Assembly (NCBI GenBank): GCA_028284465.1
Contig: JANQRR010000021.1
Coordinates: forward strand, 34,876-98,875
Direction: 5' to 3'
Length of the DNA stretch: 64,000 nucleotides
Source: Gammaproteobacteria bacterium
Lineage (GTDB): Bacteria; Pseudomonadota; Gammaproteobacteria; JAJFKO01
Positions 39,812 to 49,629 of this stretch are shown here, piece after piece (the stretch's first letter is position 1; each line of letters opens with the position of its first letter). The notes under the pieces are model-generated. The model did no database searches. It saw nothing but the letters and a program-made list of their open reading frames with translations, and was not told the DNA's origin. The position numbers and the translations under genes were made by a program.

Positions 39812-40603
39812 ATGTTTTGGGGAAAATTAATTGGTGGTTTATTAGGTTTTTTGTTTGCTGGTCCAATTGGTGCAATTATTGGAGTGATCGTCGGTCATTA
39901 TTTTGATCGAGGTATGTATTTTACGACGCTAAGACGCTGGAGTGGCTCAGCTCAGCAAACCATCAAAGCGCAGCAAGTTTTTTTTAGTGCGACTTTTTCC
40001 GTGATGGGGCATGTTGCAAAAGCGGATGGCCGGGTATCTGAAAGTGAGATCAAAGTTGCTCGAGCTATCATGAAACGAATGATGTTAGGTAGCGAGCAAC
40101 AAAAACGTGCGATTGAGTTATTTACTTTGGGTAAACAACCGAATTTTGATCTACATACAACGTTATTAAATTTACGTGAAGCATGTCGTAATCAACGAAT
40201 GCTGCTGCGAATGTTTATTGAGATCCAAATGCAAGCAGCAATTGCGGAAGGTTCTATTGGTCCGAATAAACGCCGAATATTAGAATTGATTTGTGAAACG
40301 TTAGGTTTTGCGCCAAACTTCACTCAGTTTGGTGGTTATGAACAAGCACAATATCAGCAGCAACGTCAATATCGTTATCAGCGTCCGCCACCGCCGCCGA
40401 CTAAAGATCCCTATAAAGTTTTAGGAATTTCAGCAACGGCAACTAATGCAGAAGTTAAACGTGCTTATCGTAAGCTTATCAGTCAACATCATCCAGATAA
40501 ATTAGTTTCGAAAGGATTGCCAGAAGAAATGATGAAACTTGCGACGGAAAAAGCGCAGGAAATCCAAAAAGCTTATGATGATATTATGAAAACTAGGAAG
40601 TAG
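39812..40603 (+). CDS. djlA: co-chaperone DjlA (membrane-anchored J-domain protein)
   Basis: N-terminal TM glycine zipper, TerB-like middle, and C-terminal J domain (DPYKVLGI...HPDK). Confidence 0.85.
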   Translation: MFWGKLIGGLLGFLFAGPIGAIIGVIVGHYFDRGMYFTTLRRWSGSAQQTIKAQQVFFSATFSVMGHVAKADGRVSESEIKVARAIMKRMMLGSEQQKRAIELFTLGKQPNFDLHTTLLNLREACRNQRMLLRMFIEIQMQAAIAEGSIGPNKRRILELICETLGFAPNFTQFGGYEQAQYQQQRQYRYQRPPPPPTKDPYKVLGISATATNAEVKRAYRKLISQHHPDKLVSKGLPEEMMKLATEKAQEIQKAYDDIMKTRK

Positions 40604-40643
40604 TATTTTGCATTCTTATTTGAAGGTGCGAGATTCTTTAGTT

Positions 40644-40796
40644 CGTCATTGCGAGGAGTGTAACGACGAAGCAATCTAGGAACTTAATCTTTATAGACTT
40701 ACTGGATTGCTTCGCTGCGCTCGCAATGACGAAAGAAAAGTGTAACGACGAAACAATCTAGGACTGGATCCCGCGGTCAAGCCGCGGGATGACGGA
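40644..40796. repeat. palindromic intergenic repeat element, composite copy C (unit, inverted short unit, partial unit, module-2 hairpin)
   Basis: cgtcattgcgaggagtgtaacgacgaagcaatctagga; ctggattgcttcgctgcgctcgcaatgacg; gtgtaacgacgaaacaatctagga; ggatcccgcggtcaagccgcgggatgacgg. Confidence 0.85.
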
Positions 40797-40885
40797 TATC
40801 CATACCGGCACCAAAAACACCAACTCCCCCAAAAACTCCTAGGCAAGGTTATAGTTCTAAACCTTATAATAAGCCAAGTTCGTAA

Positions 40886-41689
40886 TTATTGATTTATCAC
40901 ACAACGAAACCCATAAGCATAATTTATTAATGGCATACCATGAAATTGTCGTTTCGCTTTAGGTCGATCATGAAAACGCATATACACACTACTGCCTTGA
41001 GGTGATTCAAGATAACTGTCACCACGTAATACTTTTTCTTTTCCAGTAGTTGGTCCTTGAGGATTGAGAAGTTGGGAATGATTATAATAGTTTAGATCAT
41101 ACCAATCATTAACCCATTCGTTAACATTGCCACTCATGTCATATAAGCCTAGTGGGTTAGGTGGGTATAAACCTACTTTTTGTGGGTGAGTTGAATAATT
41201 TGGATAGTTAACACCAATGTTAAGTTTGCCTGTGTTGGTTGCATAATTAACTTGTTTGCCTCGACTGCGAGCGGCATATTCCCATTGAGCTTCAGTTGGC
41301 AGATCAAAAGCTAAGCCAGTTTGTTGTCTGAGCCAGCGACAATACGCTTTCGCTTGTTGCCAGTCACTGGTGCCTACAGGAAAACCACCATGGCGCCAGT
41401 GCATAAATAATAACATTTGTTGGATAAGTGGTTTATGAGTCAATTTGCTATAAGTGTCATATTCTAAATAGGTTGTTGTATATTTATTAATGTAAAAATT
41501 ATCAAGGATAACGCGATGCTTGTAATTGTTACCACCATTGCCCATGATAAAACTACCACCTTTAACAAAAACCATATGTCGTAAAGTTTGTTGGATCAAC
41601 TGTGGTTTTGTTAGTGTTGCCGCTTTTGCACAAAGAATATGACTTTGAGTAATGAAAATAAATAGCGATATAAATAATTTATAGAGCAT
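40886..41689 (-). CDS. secreted FGE-sulfatase (SUMF1/formylglycine-generating enzyme) domain protein, probably non-catalytic
   Basis: N-terminal signal peptide. The family motifs RHGGFPVGTSDWQQAKAYCRWL, GLYDMSGNVNEWVNDWY and GFRCV are present, but the paired active-site cysteines are missing. The ATG abuts the upstream stop (TAAATG). Confidence 0.72.
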   Translation of the reverse strand: MLYKLFISLFIFITQSHILCAKAATLTKPQLIQQTLRHMVFVKGGSFIMGNGGNNYKHRVILDNFYINKYTTTYLEYDTYSKLTHKPLIQQMLLFMHWRHGGFPVGTSDWQQAKAYCRWLRQQTGLAFDLPTEAQWEYAARSRGKQVNYATNTGKLNIGVNYPNYSTHPQKVGLYPPNPLGLYDMSGNVNEWVNDWYDLNYYNHSQLLNPQGPTTGKEKVLRGDSYLESPQGSSVYMRFHDRPKAKRQFHGMPLINYAYGFRCVINQ

Positions 41690-43711
41690 TTAGGTGTGCC
41701 TTTTCACAGCGGTGTTAATGAGAGCTTTGTTGGGTAGCTTGACAATAAATTTATTTTTAGACCAATCTGCAAGAAAATGTTGTAATCGGTCTTCAGCGTG
41801 TTGTTGATCAGTGCGGTGGCCATCGATCGACATATACTTCAACACTTGATCATAGTCTTTAATGCTTTGCAAATAGTCTAATATCTTTAGAATGATTTGA
41901 CGTTGTGATTGCTCTATTGTGCTACTAGCTTTTTCAGTTAATAAATATAATAGCCGGCCCTTAACTTCAGGTGGAGTGAATTTTAGTTTATGGGCATTGC
42001 TACGCAGATGTTGAATTAATTGTTCAAGATATTGTTGACGTAATTGAGGAGAGTGCCAATTTTGTTTGAGGCCGTTATACCAAGTAATCGCTTGTTCAAT
42101 CCCAGTATGCGCAAGCTGATCTAATTGCACATTAAAAAATGCATAGAATGTGAGGATGTCGCTAAGTATATTAAAAGCATTCTTATCGATAAAGCCTAAA
42201 TAGCCAAAATTGTAATCTTTGATTTTGTGGTAAACGAACATGACAAATTCATTAAGATGATGCACATCAACAGTGTAGTCAATCACGCCATTGACACCAA
42301 AACCACAAACTATGCCAGCATTTAATCTAATTCTAAACTTGCCATTAGTAAACGTTATGTAAAAACCGGCTTGAGCGCCAAGCCCAAGATCACCTGCAAG
42401 CTGATAACCAACATTGGCAAATTCTTTAAAGTTTTTATTATCATCTTCTCGGGTTTCTGGATTATCCCAAGCAAGGTTGCCACAAGTTGCGCAACCCATT
42501 TCGATTCCAGCAAATGCATCTGCTTGAGCAGAAATGGTTTTATCAATGTCATTGATACCTTTTACAAATAATTTGCCCGCATTTTTGTTAGTTTTACCCA
42601 TGCTAAAGTGTAGCTTAGCATTGGCTAATGCACTGCAACCAGCAAACCCGGATAAGTTAAATTCAAATCCAGCTCGTAGATAGCCTAAATCTATGGTTCG
42701 CTGTCTATTCGCTGTGGGTAGCTGTACATGCCAACCTTGTTGACTTGGTAAATAAACCTGTGAAGTTAGGGTTGCTTGAGCTAAGGAAAATTTAGCAACA
42801 GCATCGATGCTAAATGCAACGTGACGGTGATGAGGGTAAAAGTTGCTACTTATCTCCGTGCCGAATAAATATCGCATCAAGCGAGCATCAGCGCTCATAT
42901 TAACGATTTGTTTTTTATGGCTATTGGTTATGTTTAATATATCACAGTGTTGTTGATAGAGTTCATCAGCATGAGCTTGCGTAATATTGCTCGCCCAAGT
43001 AAAAGCAGTTTCATGTTTAACTAGTTGGTGTTTTAATTTTTCAATATCAAGTTTATGATGAGTCATTATCTTTGCGCGATTTTCTATATCACGAGTTAAA
43101 GGATAACTGTGCAGTGAACTAGGCAGATCATCGTTTGGTAGATAAAGCCATTTTTTGCCGACAAAACTGATAATTTCAGTCAAAGAGTTACTATTTGGCC
43201 CATTTATTAAAGGTAAAATTAAAGTTTGTAATTGGTGTTTGCTAGATTTAATGTCTTGTTGGCGAGTGTTTCTTTTACTATTTATAGCATTAACAAGTTT
43301 GCTAATAGTCTGTTTAAGTGGCATGCCGGCATTCTCTATGGCTTGTTTATCACTGTGTTCAAGGGCATAAAAAGTTTGTGAATTAGTAATAAAAATAATG
43401 TCAATCAATATTTTTTTAACAGGATCGGTGTTTGTGAAATGATATTGTTTGTTCGGCTCTATTTGAGGATCATTGGCAGCGTTGATAATGTCACAGCTTG
43501 CTGAACTTTCCAAAAGAAATACTTCATAAGGTAAATTAAAACGCCAAGATTGATTATGTTCAGATCCAATAAGCTCACCAAACACATCGACAATATATTT
43601 TTTGTCGCCAGGCTTACTATCTTTGTAGTGATTAACAGCCCATTGTCTGCCAGTGGTTCTGTTAAGCTGTTGTAGTTTTTGCTGAATAACTGTTGGTAGT
43701 AGCTGATCCAT
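41690..43711 (-). CDS. hypothetical protein (673 aa) with a central beta-strand-rich Gly/Ala/Asn-rich domain
   Basis: Intact ORF without signal peptide. About 200 central residues alternate hydrophobic and polar residues with many G/N/A. It is flanked by helical regions and has no recognised motif. Confidence 0.55.
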   Translation of the reverse strand: MDQLLPTVIQQKLQQLNRTTGRQWAVNHYKDSKPGDKKYIVDVFGELIGSEHNQSWRFNLPYEVFLLESSASCDIINAANDPQIEPNKQYHFTNTDPVKKILIDIIFITNSQTFYALEHSDKQAIENAGMPLKQTISKLVNAINSKRNTRQQDIKSSKHQLQTLILPLINGPNSNSLTEIISFVGKKWLYLPNDDLPSSLHSYPLTRDIENRAKIMTHHKLDIEKLKHQLVKHETAFTWASNITQAHADELYQQHCDILNITNSHKKQIVNMSADARLMRYLFGTEISSNFYPHHRHVAFSIDAVAKFSLAQATLTSQVYLPSQQGWHVQLPTANRQRTIDLGYLRAGFEFNLSGFAGCSALANAKLHFSMGKTNKNAGKLFVKGINDIDKTISAQADAFAGIEMGCATCGNLAWDNPETREDDNKNFKEFANVGYQLAGDLGLGAQAGFYITFTNGKFRIRLNAGIVCGFGVNGVIDYTVDVHHLNEFVMFVYHKIKDYNFGYLGFIDKNAFNILSDILTFYAFFNVQLDQLAHTGIEQAITWYNGLKQNWHSPQLRQQYLEQLIQHLRSNAHKLKFTPPEVKGRLLYLLTEKASSTIEQSQRQIILKILDYLQSIKDYDQVLKYMSIDGHRTDQQHAEDRLQHFLADWSKNKFIVKLPNKALINTAVKRHT

Positions 43712-43799
43712 AGGAATTATTTTCTAATATAAATAATGGACCACGGTAACACAAAGGGTAGTGACAAAAATACTGCATACAGCTAAAGTTATTGTGATT

Positions 43800-44552
43800 T
43801 TATGCTGGCAATGTGCCCGTTACCGGCAACATAACGATACATGTGGTGCCTTTACCAACTTCACTATTTATGGTTAAGCTGCCATGCAAGAATTGACATA
43901 AACGTTGTGCAAGTAACAATCCTAAAGTAGGGTTACCGGTTTCGTTGGTGATCATCGGCGCAGGTAAATTAAATTGTGTGAGTATTTTAGCTAAATTGCC
44001 AGGATCAATGCCGCAGCCGGCATCACTAATTTTAAATTTAAGCATATAATCATTATCTTTACGTTCTTTTGAAACTTCTAAAATGATTTCGCCTTTGTTA
44101 GTAAATTGGCAAGCATTGCTTAATAAATTATTGAGGATCTTTTTGAATTTTGATAAATCAGTTTTAATCTTGCCAATATCATCCGGGCAAGTCAATTTAA
44201 ATTCATTTTGTTTGGCTGTTAACTGAGGTTGTAGTTTTTGCTGAATTTCTTGGATAATAGTGGCAACATCATATTCTTCAATGGCTGATTGCATAATGCC
44301 TGCATCAATTTTTGCAAGATCGATTAAGTTATTAATAAGTCGTAATAATAATATTCCTGATTTATGTATTCTTGCTAAAGGCTCAAGGTAGTTTTCATCA
44401 TTAGCATCTTTGGCATCTTCTAACATTAATTCGCTTAATCCAAGGATAGCATTTAACGGGGTACGTAATTCATGACCCATATCAGAAATAAATTTATTTT
44501 TTGCTTTGATAGTATCTTCAGCAGATAATTTGGATGGGCTTGTATTATTCAT
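43800..44552 (-). CDS. soluble orphan histidine kinase (HisKA + HATPase_c only, no sensor/TM, no cognate response regulator nearby)
   Basis: H-box DMGHELRTPLNAILG. N/G1/G2 boxes are present (NLLSNACQFT, ISDAGCGID, GTGLGL-like ...LGLLLAQ). There are no TM helices. AAGGTG SD before the ATG. Confidence 0.75.
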   Translation of the reverse strand: MNNTSPSKLSAEDTIKAKNKFISDMGHELRTPLNAILGLSELMLEDAKDANDENYLEPLARIHKSGILLLRLINNLIDLAKIDAGIMQSAIEEYDVATIIQEIQQKLQPQLTAKQNEFKLTCPDDIGKIKTDLSKFKKILNNLLSNACQFTNKGEIILEVSKERKDNDYMLKFKISDAGCGIDPGNLAKILTQFNLPAPMITNETGNPTLGLLLAQRLCQFLHGSLTINSEVGKGTTCIVMLPVTGTLPA

Positions 44553-44561
44553 ATTGTCACC

Positions 44562-45059
44562 TTAAGCCACTTTAGAATGTGCGCCATAGTCAATATCAAA
44601 TAAATGTTGAATTTCACCATTAAGCAAAGTCGTAATATCAGTTGGAGGAGATCTGTTAGAATCAACAATATTTTTTGTCAGTAACATGTCACGAATTCTA
44701 GCAAGAGTTTCTGCATCAGTTAAATTTTGTGAAACTGGATGATGGGTATTATTGTGATCGGCAGCTTGCTTGACTTGAATGATCCACTGTAATAATTGAT
44801 CAGGTGTTAGCGTTTGATGTTGCCAATGATTATGTAGTTTTGCTTGAGTTAGATAAAGCTCATAAGCGAGTGCAGCGGTAAATTGGGTAAATTGAGGATT
44901 ATGATTATCAGAATGTAAATGCCGATAAGCTTGTAGATAATGTTTCCATAAGGCTTTGATGGCTTTTGGTTTAAGTTGGCTTGCGGCGAGCATGTGGTGT
45001 CTAAATTTGAGGTTTTCGTGCTGATTATGGGCAATATCATGAAATATAAAGCTATCCAT
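44562..45059 (-). CDS. hypothetical histidine-rich protein (165 aa)
   Basis: Strong SD AAGGAGGAG. It is about 13% His (HNQHENLKFRHHM..., HNHWQHQ, HNNTHHP) and lies first in a 4-gene minus-strand cluster. Confidence 0.5.
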   Translation of the reverse strand: MDSFIFHDIAHNQHENLKFRHHMLAASQLKPKAIKALWKHYLQAYRHLHSDNHNPQFTQFTAALAYELYLTQAKLHNHWQHQTLTPDQLLQWIIQVKQAADHNNTHHPVSQNLTDAETLARIRDMLLTKNIVDSNRSPPTDITTLLNGEIQHLFDIDYGAHSKVA

Positions 45060-45137
45060 TACGTCTCCTCCTTCATTGTTTTGTTCAATTTATGAGCTTC
45101 ATATCTTAATATTAGCAGATCCTCTATAATCGACAGG

Positions 45138-47345
45138 ATGAGAGTCCTGAGAATAGCCATACCAACACCATTGCGCCGAGTTTTCGATTATTTACCGCCT
45201 AAAGGTAGCGAAAATCGTGAATTAATGCCGGGAATTCGGGTGCGAGTGCCATTTGGGCGCCGTGAAGTTGTTGGTATTTTGCTTGAGGTTGGCACTAACA
45301 GCCAATTACCCACTCACAAACTCAAATTTGCCAGCATTATCATCGATGATAAGCCCTTACTACCTAAGGCTTTATTTTCCTTAGTGTTATGGGCAGCCGA
45401 GTATTATGTCCACCCAATTGGTGAAGTATTATCTTCATCATTACCAAAATTATTAAGGCTAGGTGGAGCAGCAACTCTCAAACAACAATTAGGTTGGCGC
45501 CTGACAGCTGCGGGTAAGGCAGTTGAGATCACCAAGCTCGCGCGTGCACCGCGCCAATTTAATGCGTTGCGAGTACTGCGTGAACATCCTCAAGGGGTTA
45601 ATAGTCACGATTTAAAAGTTGCAAATGTTGCGATACCGGTAATGCGAGTGTTAGTGCAAAAAGCTTGGGTGGAGCAGTTTACAATAAAATCTGATTACCA
45701 AGATGCACAAGTTGCCACATTAGTTAAACCTAGCGAGCTTATTTTAAATACCGAGCAACAAAGTGTAGTTGCAAAAGTGTCAGCTGAGTTATCTCATTTT
45801 CAGACATGGTTACTGCACGGTGTTACTGGCAGTGGCAAAACCGAAATTTATTTACAAGTTATTGCTAAGGTTTTGCAACAAGGTAAACAAGCATTAGTGT
45901 TAGTGCCAGAAATAGCTTTAACACCACAAACGGTGGCACGTTTTCAAGAACGTTTTACAGTGCCAATTGTTGTATTTCATTCGCGGTTAACCGATCGTGA
46001 ACGGTTACAAGGTTGGTTACAAGCAAAGACTGGTCAAGCACGCATTGTTATTGGAACACGCTCAGCAGTATTTACTCCTTTATTAACACCAGGCGTCATC
46101 ATTATTGATGAAGAGCATGATTTATCATTTAAACAACAATCAGGGTTTCGCTATTGTGCACGTGATCTCGCAGTAGCACGCGCACGGTTAGAAAATATTC
46201 CAATCATGTTAGGTTCAGCAACACCTTCATTGGAAAGTTTATATAATGTCAAACGCAAGCGTTATCAATTATTGCGTTTACATAAACGTGCAGGCAAAGC
46301 GATTAAACCAACCTTTCATGTCGTTGATATTCGTAAACAACAATTACAACATGGTTTATCGGAGCATTTGATTGCTATGATGAAAAATCATTTGAGTCGC
46401 GATGGGCAAATATTATTATTTATTAATCGACGTGGCTTTGCTCCGGTATTATTTTGTCATGCTTGTGGCTGGGTGGCAGAATGTAAACGTTGCGATGCAA
46501 AATTAACATTACATTTTGAACCGCATGAATTGCGTTGCCATCATTGTGGTAATCGTCAAGTTGTAACTCGTGAATGTTTAGCTTGTAATGCGCAGCAAGT
46601 AATGCCATTGGGTTTTGGCACAGAACGTTTACAGCAAGCGATTACAACAATTTTTCCTAACATCAAAGTTGCACGTATTGATCGAGATTCAACAATGCGT
46701 AAAGGTGCAATGCAAAAATTATTAACCGATATTCATGCGGGCAAACACCAAATATTGATCGGCACGCAAATGTTAGCGAAAGGCCATCATTTTCCTAAGG
46801 TGACCTTAGTCGCGGTATTATATGCTGATGGTGGTTTATTAAGTGCAGATTTTCGTGGCACTGAACGTTTTGCACAATTATTGTTGCAAGTTGCTGGACG
46901 AGCTGGTCGTGCTGAGCAACCCGGAGAAGTATTAATTCAAACCCATCATCCACAACATCCTTTATTACAGCATTTATTAGCAGATGGTTATTTAAGTTTT
47001 GCTGATACAGTGTTGGCTGAACGTCAGCAAGCACAATTTCCGCCTTATCATTATTTGGCATTAATTCGCGTTGAAGCGTTAAATCAACAACAACCATTGG
47101 CATTTCTGCAACAAACACGGAGCATAGCCGATACTATGCATTCAGGCGATGTTAAAATATTAGGGCCGGTGCCTGCGCCGATGGAGCGATTAGCAGGTCG
47201 TTATCGTGCTCAATTATTATTGCAAGCAAGTAATAGACGTAGATTACAAAATATGTTACAACCATTAGCAGTTCGGCTTGAGCAATTAAAACAAAGTCGA
47301 CAAGTGCGTTGGTCGATTGATGTTGATCCATTGGAAATGGTATGA
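45138..47345 (+). CDS. priA: primosomal protein N' (replication restart helicase)
   Basis: Walker A GVTGSGKTE, DEEHD box and the Cys-rich zinc-binding region (CHACGW...CKRCD...CHHCG). Confidence 0.9.
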   Translation: MRVLRIAIPTPLRRVFDYLPPKGSENRELMPGIRVRVPFGRREVVGILLEVGTNSQLPTHKLKFASIIIDDKPLLPKALFSLVLWAAEYYVHPIGEVLSSSLPKLLRLGGAATLKQQLGWRLTAAGKAVEITKLARAPRQFNALRVLREHPQGVNSHDLKVANVAIPVMRVLVQKAWVEQFTIKSDYQDAQVATLVKPSELILNTEQQSVVAKVSAELSHFQTWLLHGVTGSGKTEIYLQVIAKVLQQGKQALVLVPEIALTPQTVARFQERFTVPIVVFHSRLTDRERLQGWLQAKTGQARIVIGTRSAVFTPLLTPGVIIIDEEHDLSFKQQSGFRYCARDLAVARARLENIPIMLGSATPSLESLYNVKRKRYQLLRLHKRAGKAIKPTFHVVDIRKQQLQHGLSEHLIAMMKNHLSRDGQILLFINRRGFAPVLFCHACGWVAECKRCDAKLTLHFEPHELRCHHCGNRQVVTRECLACNAQQVMPLGFGTERLQQAITTIFPNIKVARIDRDSTMRKGAMQKLLTDIHAGKHQILIGTQMLAKGHHFPKVTLVAVLYADGGLLSADFRGTERFAQLLLQVAGRAGRAEQPGEVLIQTHHPQHPLLQHLLADGYLSFADTVLAERQQAQFPPYHYLALIRVEALNQQQPLAFLQQTRSIADTMHSGDVKILGPVPAPMERLAGRYRAQLLLQASNRRRLQNMLQPLAVRLEQLKQSRQVRWSIDVDPLEMV

Positions 47346-48136
47346 AAATCAATTTTGTTTCAATATTAATTTTTTTGCTAAATATGCTAGTGCTAACGAA
47401 TAGTTACGCACATACAGGGCCTCTTAAAACAGGCCATGTTAGTTTAGCAGCTTCTGCCGATCTTGATTTCGAACATACTTTTCGCCAGCCAGCACCTTTT
47501 TTATTGTTTGCACCAACTTCACCAACACAACAAATTATCATCATTGATGATAGAGTTTTTAAGCAGCAATTCGGTTTGCCTTATGGCGGTTCGGTGCGCT
47601 TAGCCTATGCATTAACTTCTCACATTAGTTTGATCTTAGGTTATTCTTATCTTACTGCTAACAGACGAGTTGATAGAAGCACTAGCAATGGTGTAACACG
47701 AGAGTTAGAGTTAGAAGATTTTAAAAGTCATACCGTATTTATTGGTAGTTATTATTATTTCTCGCCAGTACTGAAAAAACTAAGCCCATATGCGGGCATT
47801 CGTGCTGGTTTAATGATTTATCCTAGAATCGACACGACTCTTGATCAGTTAAATGGGACTCCGGTGACGTTTGCTAATGGTAGGCAATCATCAACTTACT
47901 ATAAAGCTCAAATTGGTCCTTACGGGGCATTAATTATTGGGTTAACCTATCCACTAACAAAGAATTTGAATATTTATCTAGAATCCGGAGTTGAAGTAAA
48001 AGATGGCTTGCACGGTGCAGGGTTTATTCCAACAATCAGCCATCCATCAATACCCAATGTCACCAGTGGTAACATTGGTGACACGGGTCCTATATTGTCT
48101 TATCCGCTTAACCTTGGATTAAAATATTGTTTTTAG
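47342..48136 (+). CDS. putative outer-membrane beta-barrel protein
   Basis: Signal peptide (LVLTNSYAHT), amphipathic beta-strand periodicity and a C-terminal aromatic residue (..YCF). The start overlaps the priA stop (ATGA). Confidence 0.55.
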   Translation: MKINFVSILIFLLNMLVLTNSYAHTGPLKTGHVSLAASADLDFEHTFRQPAPFLLFAPTSPTQQIIIIDDRVFKQQFGLPYGGSVRLAYALTSHISLILGYSYLTANRRVDRSTSNGVTRELELEDFKSHTVFIGSYYYFSPVLKKLSPYAGIRAGLMIYPRIDTTLDQLNGTPVTFANGRQSSTYYKAQIGPYGALIIGLTYPLTKNLNIYLESGVEVKDGLHGAGFIPTISHPSIPNVTSGNIGDTGPILSYPLNLGLKYCF

Positions 48137-48137
48137 A

Positions 48138-48240
48138 GCCTTTTAAAATTCTATTATCTTGGGCAGTAAGCATTGATTTTTAATTAGGCTCTAGATTCTT
48201 TTAAAATTCTACTATCTTGGATATTAGGTGTTAATTTTTT
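48138..48240. repeat. imperfect tandem direct repeat (two units of about 50 bp: CTTTTAAAATTCTAYTATCTTGG...TTAATTTTTT)
   Basis: Seen directly in the convergent intergenic region between the OMP gene and sodC. Confidence 0.45.
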
Positions 48241-48243
48241 GTG

Positions 48244-48819
48244 TTAATTAGCAAACTTAGCAGAAGGGATTATTCCACAGGCGATTCTAGCGCCGCCGCC
48301 GCCCAACGGTTTAGGTTTGTCAGAATAATTATCACCACCAGCATGGATAATGATGGAATGCCCACGAATTTGAAACACACTCAAGCGTGGTGCAAGTACT
48401 GGATGAGTTGCTTTACCTTGTGGATTGACATAAATAAAAGGTAAATCACCTAAATGACCTTGGTTGTTATAAGGGCCTAAATGTTTGTTAGTGTTATTAG
48501 GATCAAGATGTCCACCAGCCGCTCCTCCAGGAACTAGCTTGTCATTTTCAGCTTTAGGGCCACAGTTAGGAAATAAATGAATATGCATGCCGTGAATGCC
48601 GGGTGATAAATCATTTAAGTTTGGTGTTAATAATAAACCGTGATCGGTATCGGTAGCAGTGATAGAGCCGATCGCTTTGCCAATGCCATTGTCAGTACTT
48701 GTGACTAAATGCACAGGAATGGTTACGGTAGCTGCTTGTGCTATCGTAGCAATAACAATCAAGCTAGCTGAAACTAATCCGATAAATATTTTGCTGAGCA
48801 TGATTACACTCCCTGTCAC
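48244..48819 (-). CDS. sodC: periplasmic Cu,Zn superoxide dismutase
   Basis: Signal peptide. Cu/Zn-SOD motifs (HGMHIHLFPNCGP, GGGGARIACGII). Confidence 0.9.
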   Translation of the reverse strand: MTGSVIMLSKIFIGLVSASLIVIATIAQAATVTIPVHLVTSTDNGIGKAIGSITATDTDHGLLLTPNLNDLSPGIHGMHIHLFPNCGPKAENDKLVPGGAAGGHLDPNNTNKHLGPYNNQGHLGDLPFIYVNPQGKATHPVLAPRLSVFQIRGHSIIIHAGGDNYSDKPKPLGGGGARIACGIIPSAKFAN

Positions 48820-49394
48820 CGTTTTTTAGTTGTGGGAACAATCTTACGTGTTTTTGCGGTTTTCAGCAATACATAAACTGCACCAGCGCCGCCATCATTT
48901 GGCTTAGCCGTGCAAAAAGCCAACACATCGGCATATTCACGCAACCAAAGATTAACTTTGTTTTTAAGGGTTGGTGTCGATGATGATGATCGGTAGCCTT
49001 TACCATGAATAATAACAGCATATCTGCAATTATGACGCCGGCACTCATAAATAAAATTTTCAAGTGCGGCCTGAGATTGAGCAACAGTTAATTGATGTAG
49101 ATCAAGTATATTATTTTTAGCAAAACGCCCTTGACGTAAGCGATGCATTGTTCGTTGTTGTATTCCTGAGCGAGAAAATTCAAGATGTTCTTCTTTAGTT
49201 ACAACCGTTGGATTGGCTTCAAGAGATGTTTTCGAAAGCTGCAGTTTAGGGGTTTGCTGCAATTTAGTTGCAGTTAAATTATTGGCAGTAGCAGGTTTGT
49301 TTGCTCGAGGCTCATAGTTCAATGGCTTAATATCTTTGACAGTTTGACGAAATAATTCACGTTCCTCTTGGCTGATAGGCTTTTTAGGCTTCAT
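48816..49394 (-). CDS. smrB: Smr-domain protein (SmrB/YfcN-like)
   Basis: C-terminal Smr domain (LDLHQLTVAQS...AVIIHGKGY). It sits next to prmB-aroC, as E. coli smrB does. Confidence 0.75.
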   Translation of the reverse strand: MKPKKPISQEERELFRQTVKDIKPLNYEPRANKPATANNLTATKLQQTPKLQLSKTSLEANPTVVTKEEHLEFSRSGIQQRTMHRLRQGRFAKNNILDLHQLTVAQSQAALENFIYECRRHNCRYAVIIHGKGYRSSSSTPTLKNKVNLWLREYADVLAFCTAKPNDGGAGAVYVLLKTAKTRKIVPTTKKR

Positions 49395-49629
49395 GTGAGA
49401 TCCAAAGATCAGGAAAAGGATAGTATATTCGAGTTTGTTAAAAATACCTAGTTTTTTTAGTCAAATACACTTTCTTAATAATTCCTTAAGTTTTATTCAT
49501 TGTTGCAACCCACATTAATTTATTGATCAAAATAATTTTTAAAAACAATGCGTTTCCTTAATATTTGCTTAAGCTTTTCGCTATAAGGTAAAGAGCTAGT
49601 ATGAAATATAATTATTAAAAGAGATTATT

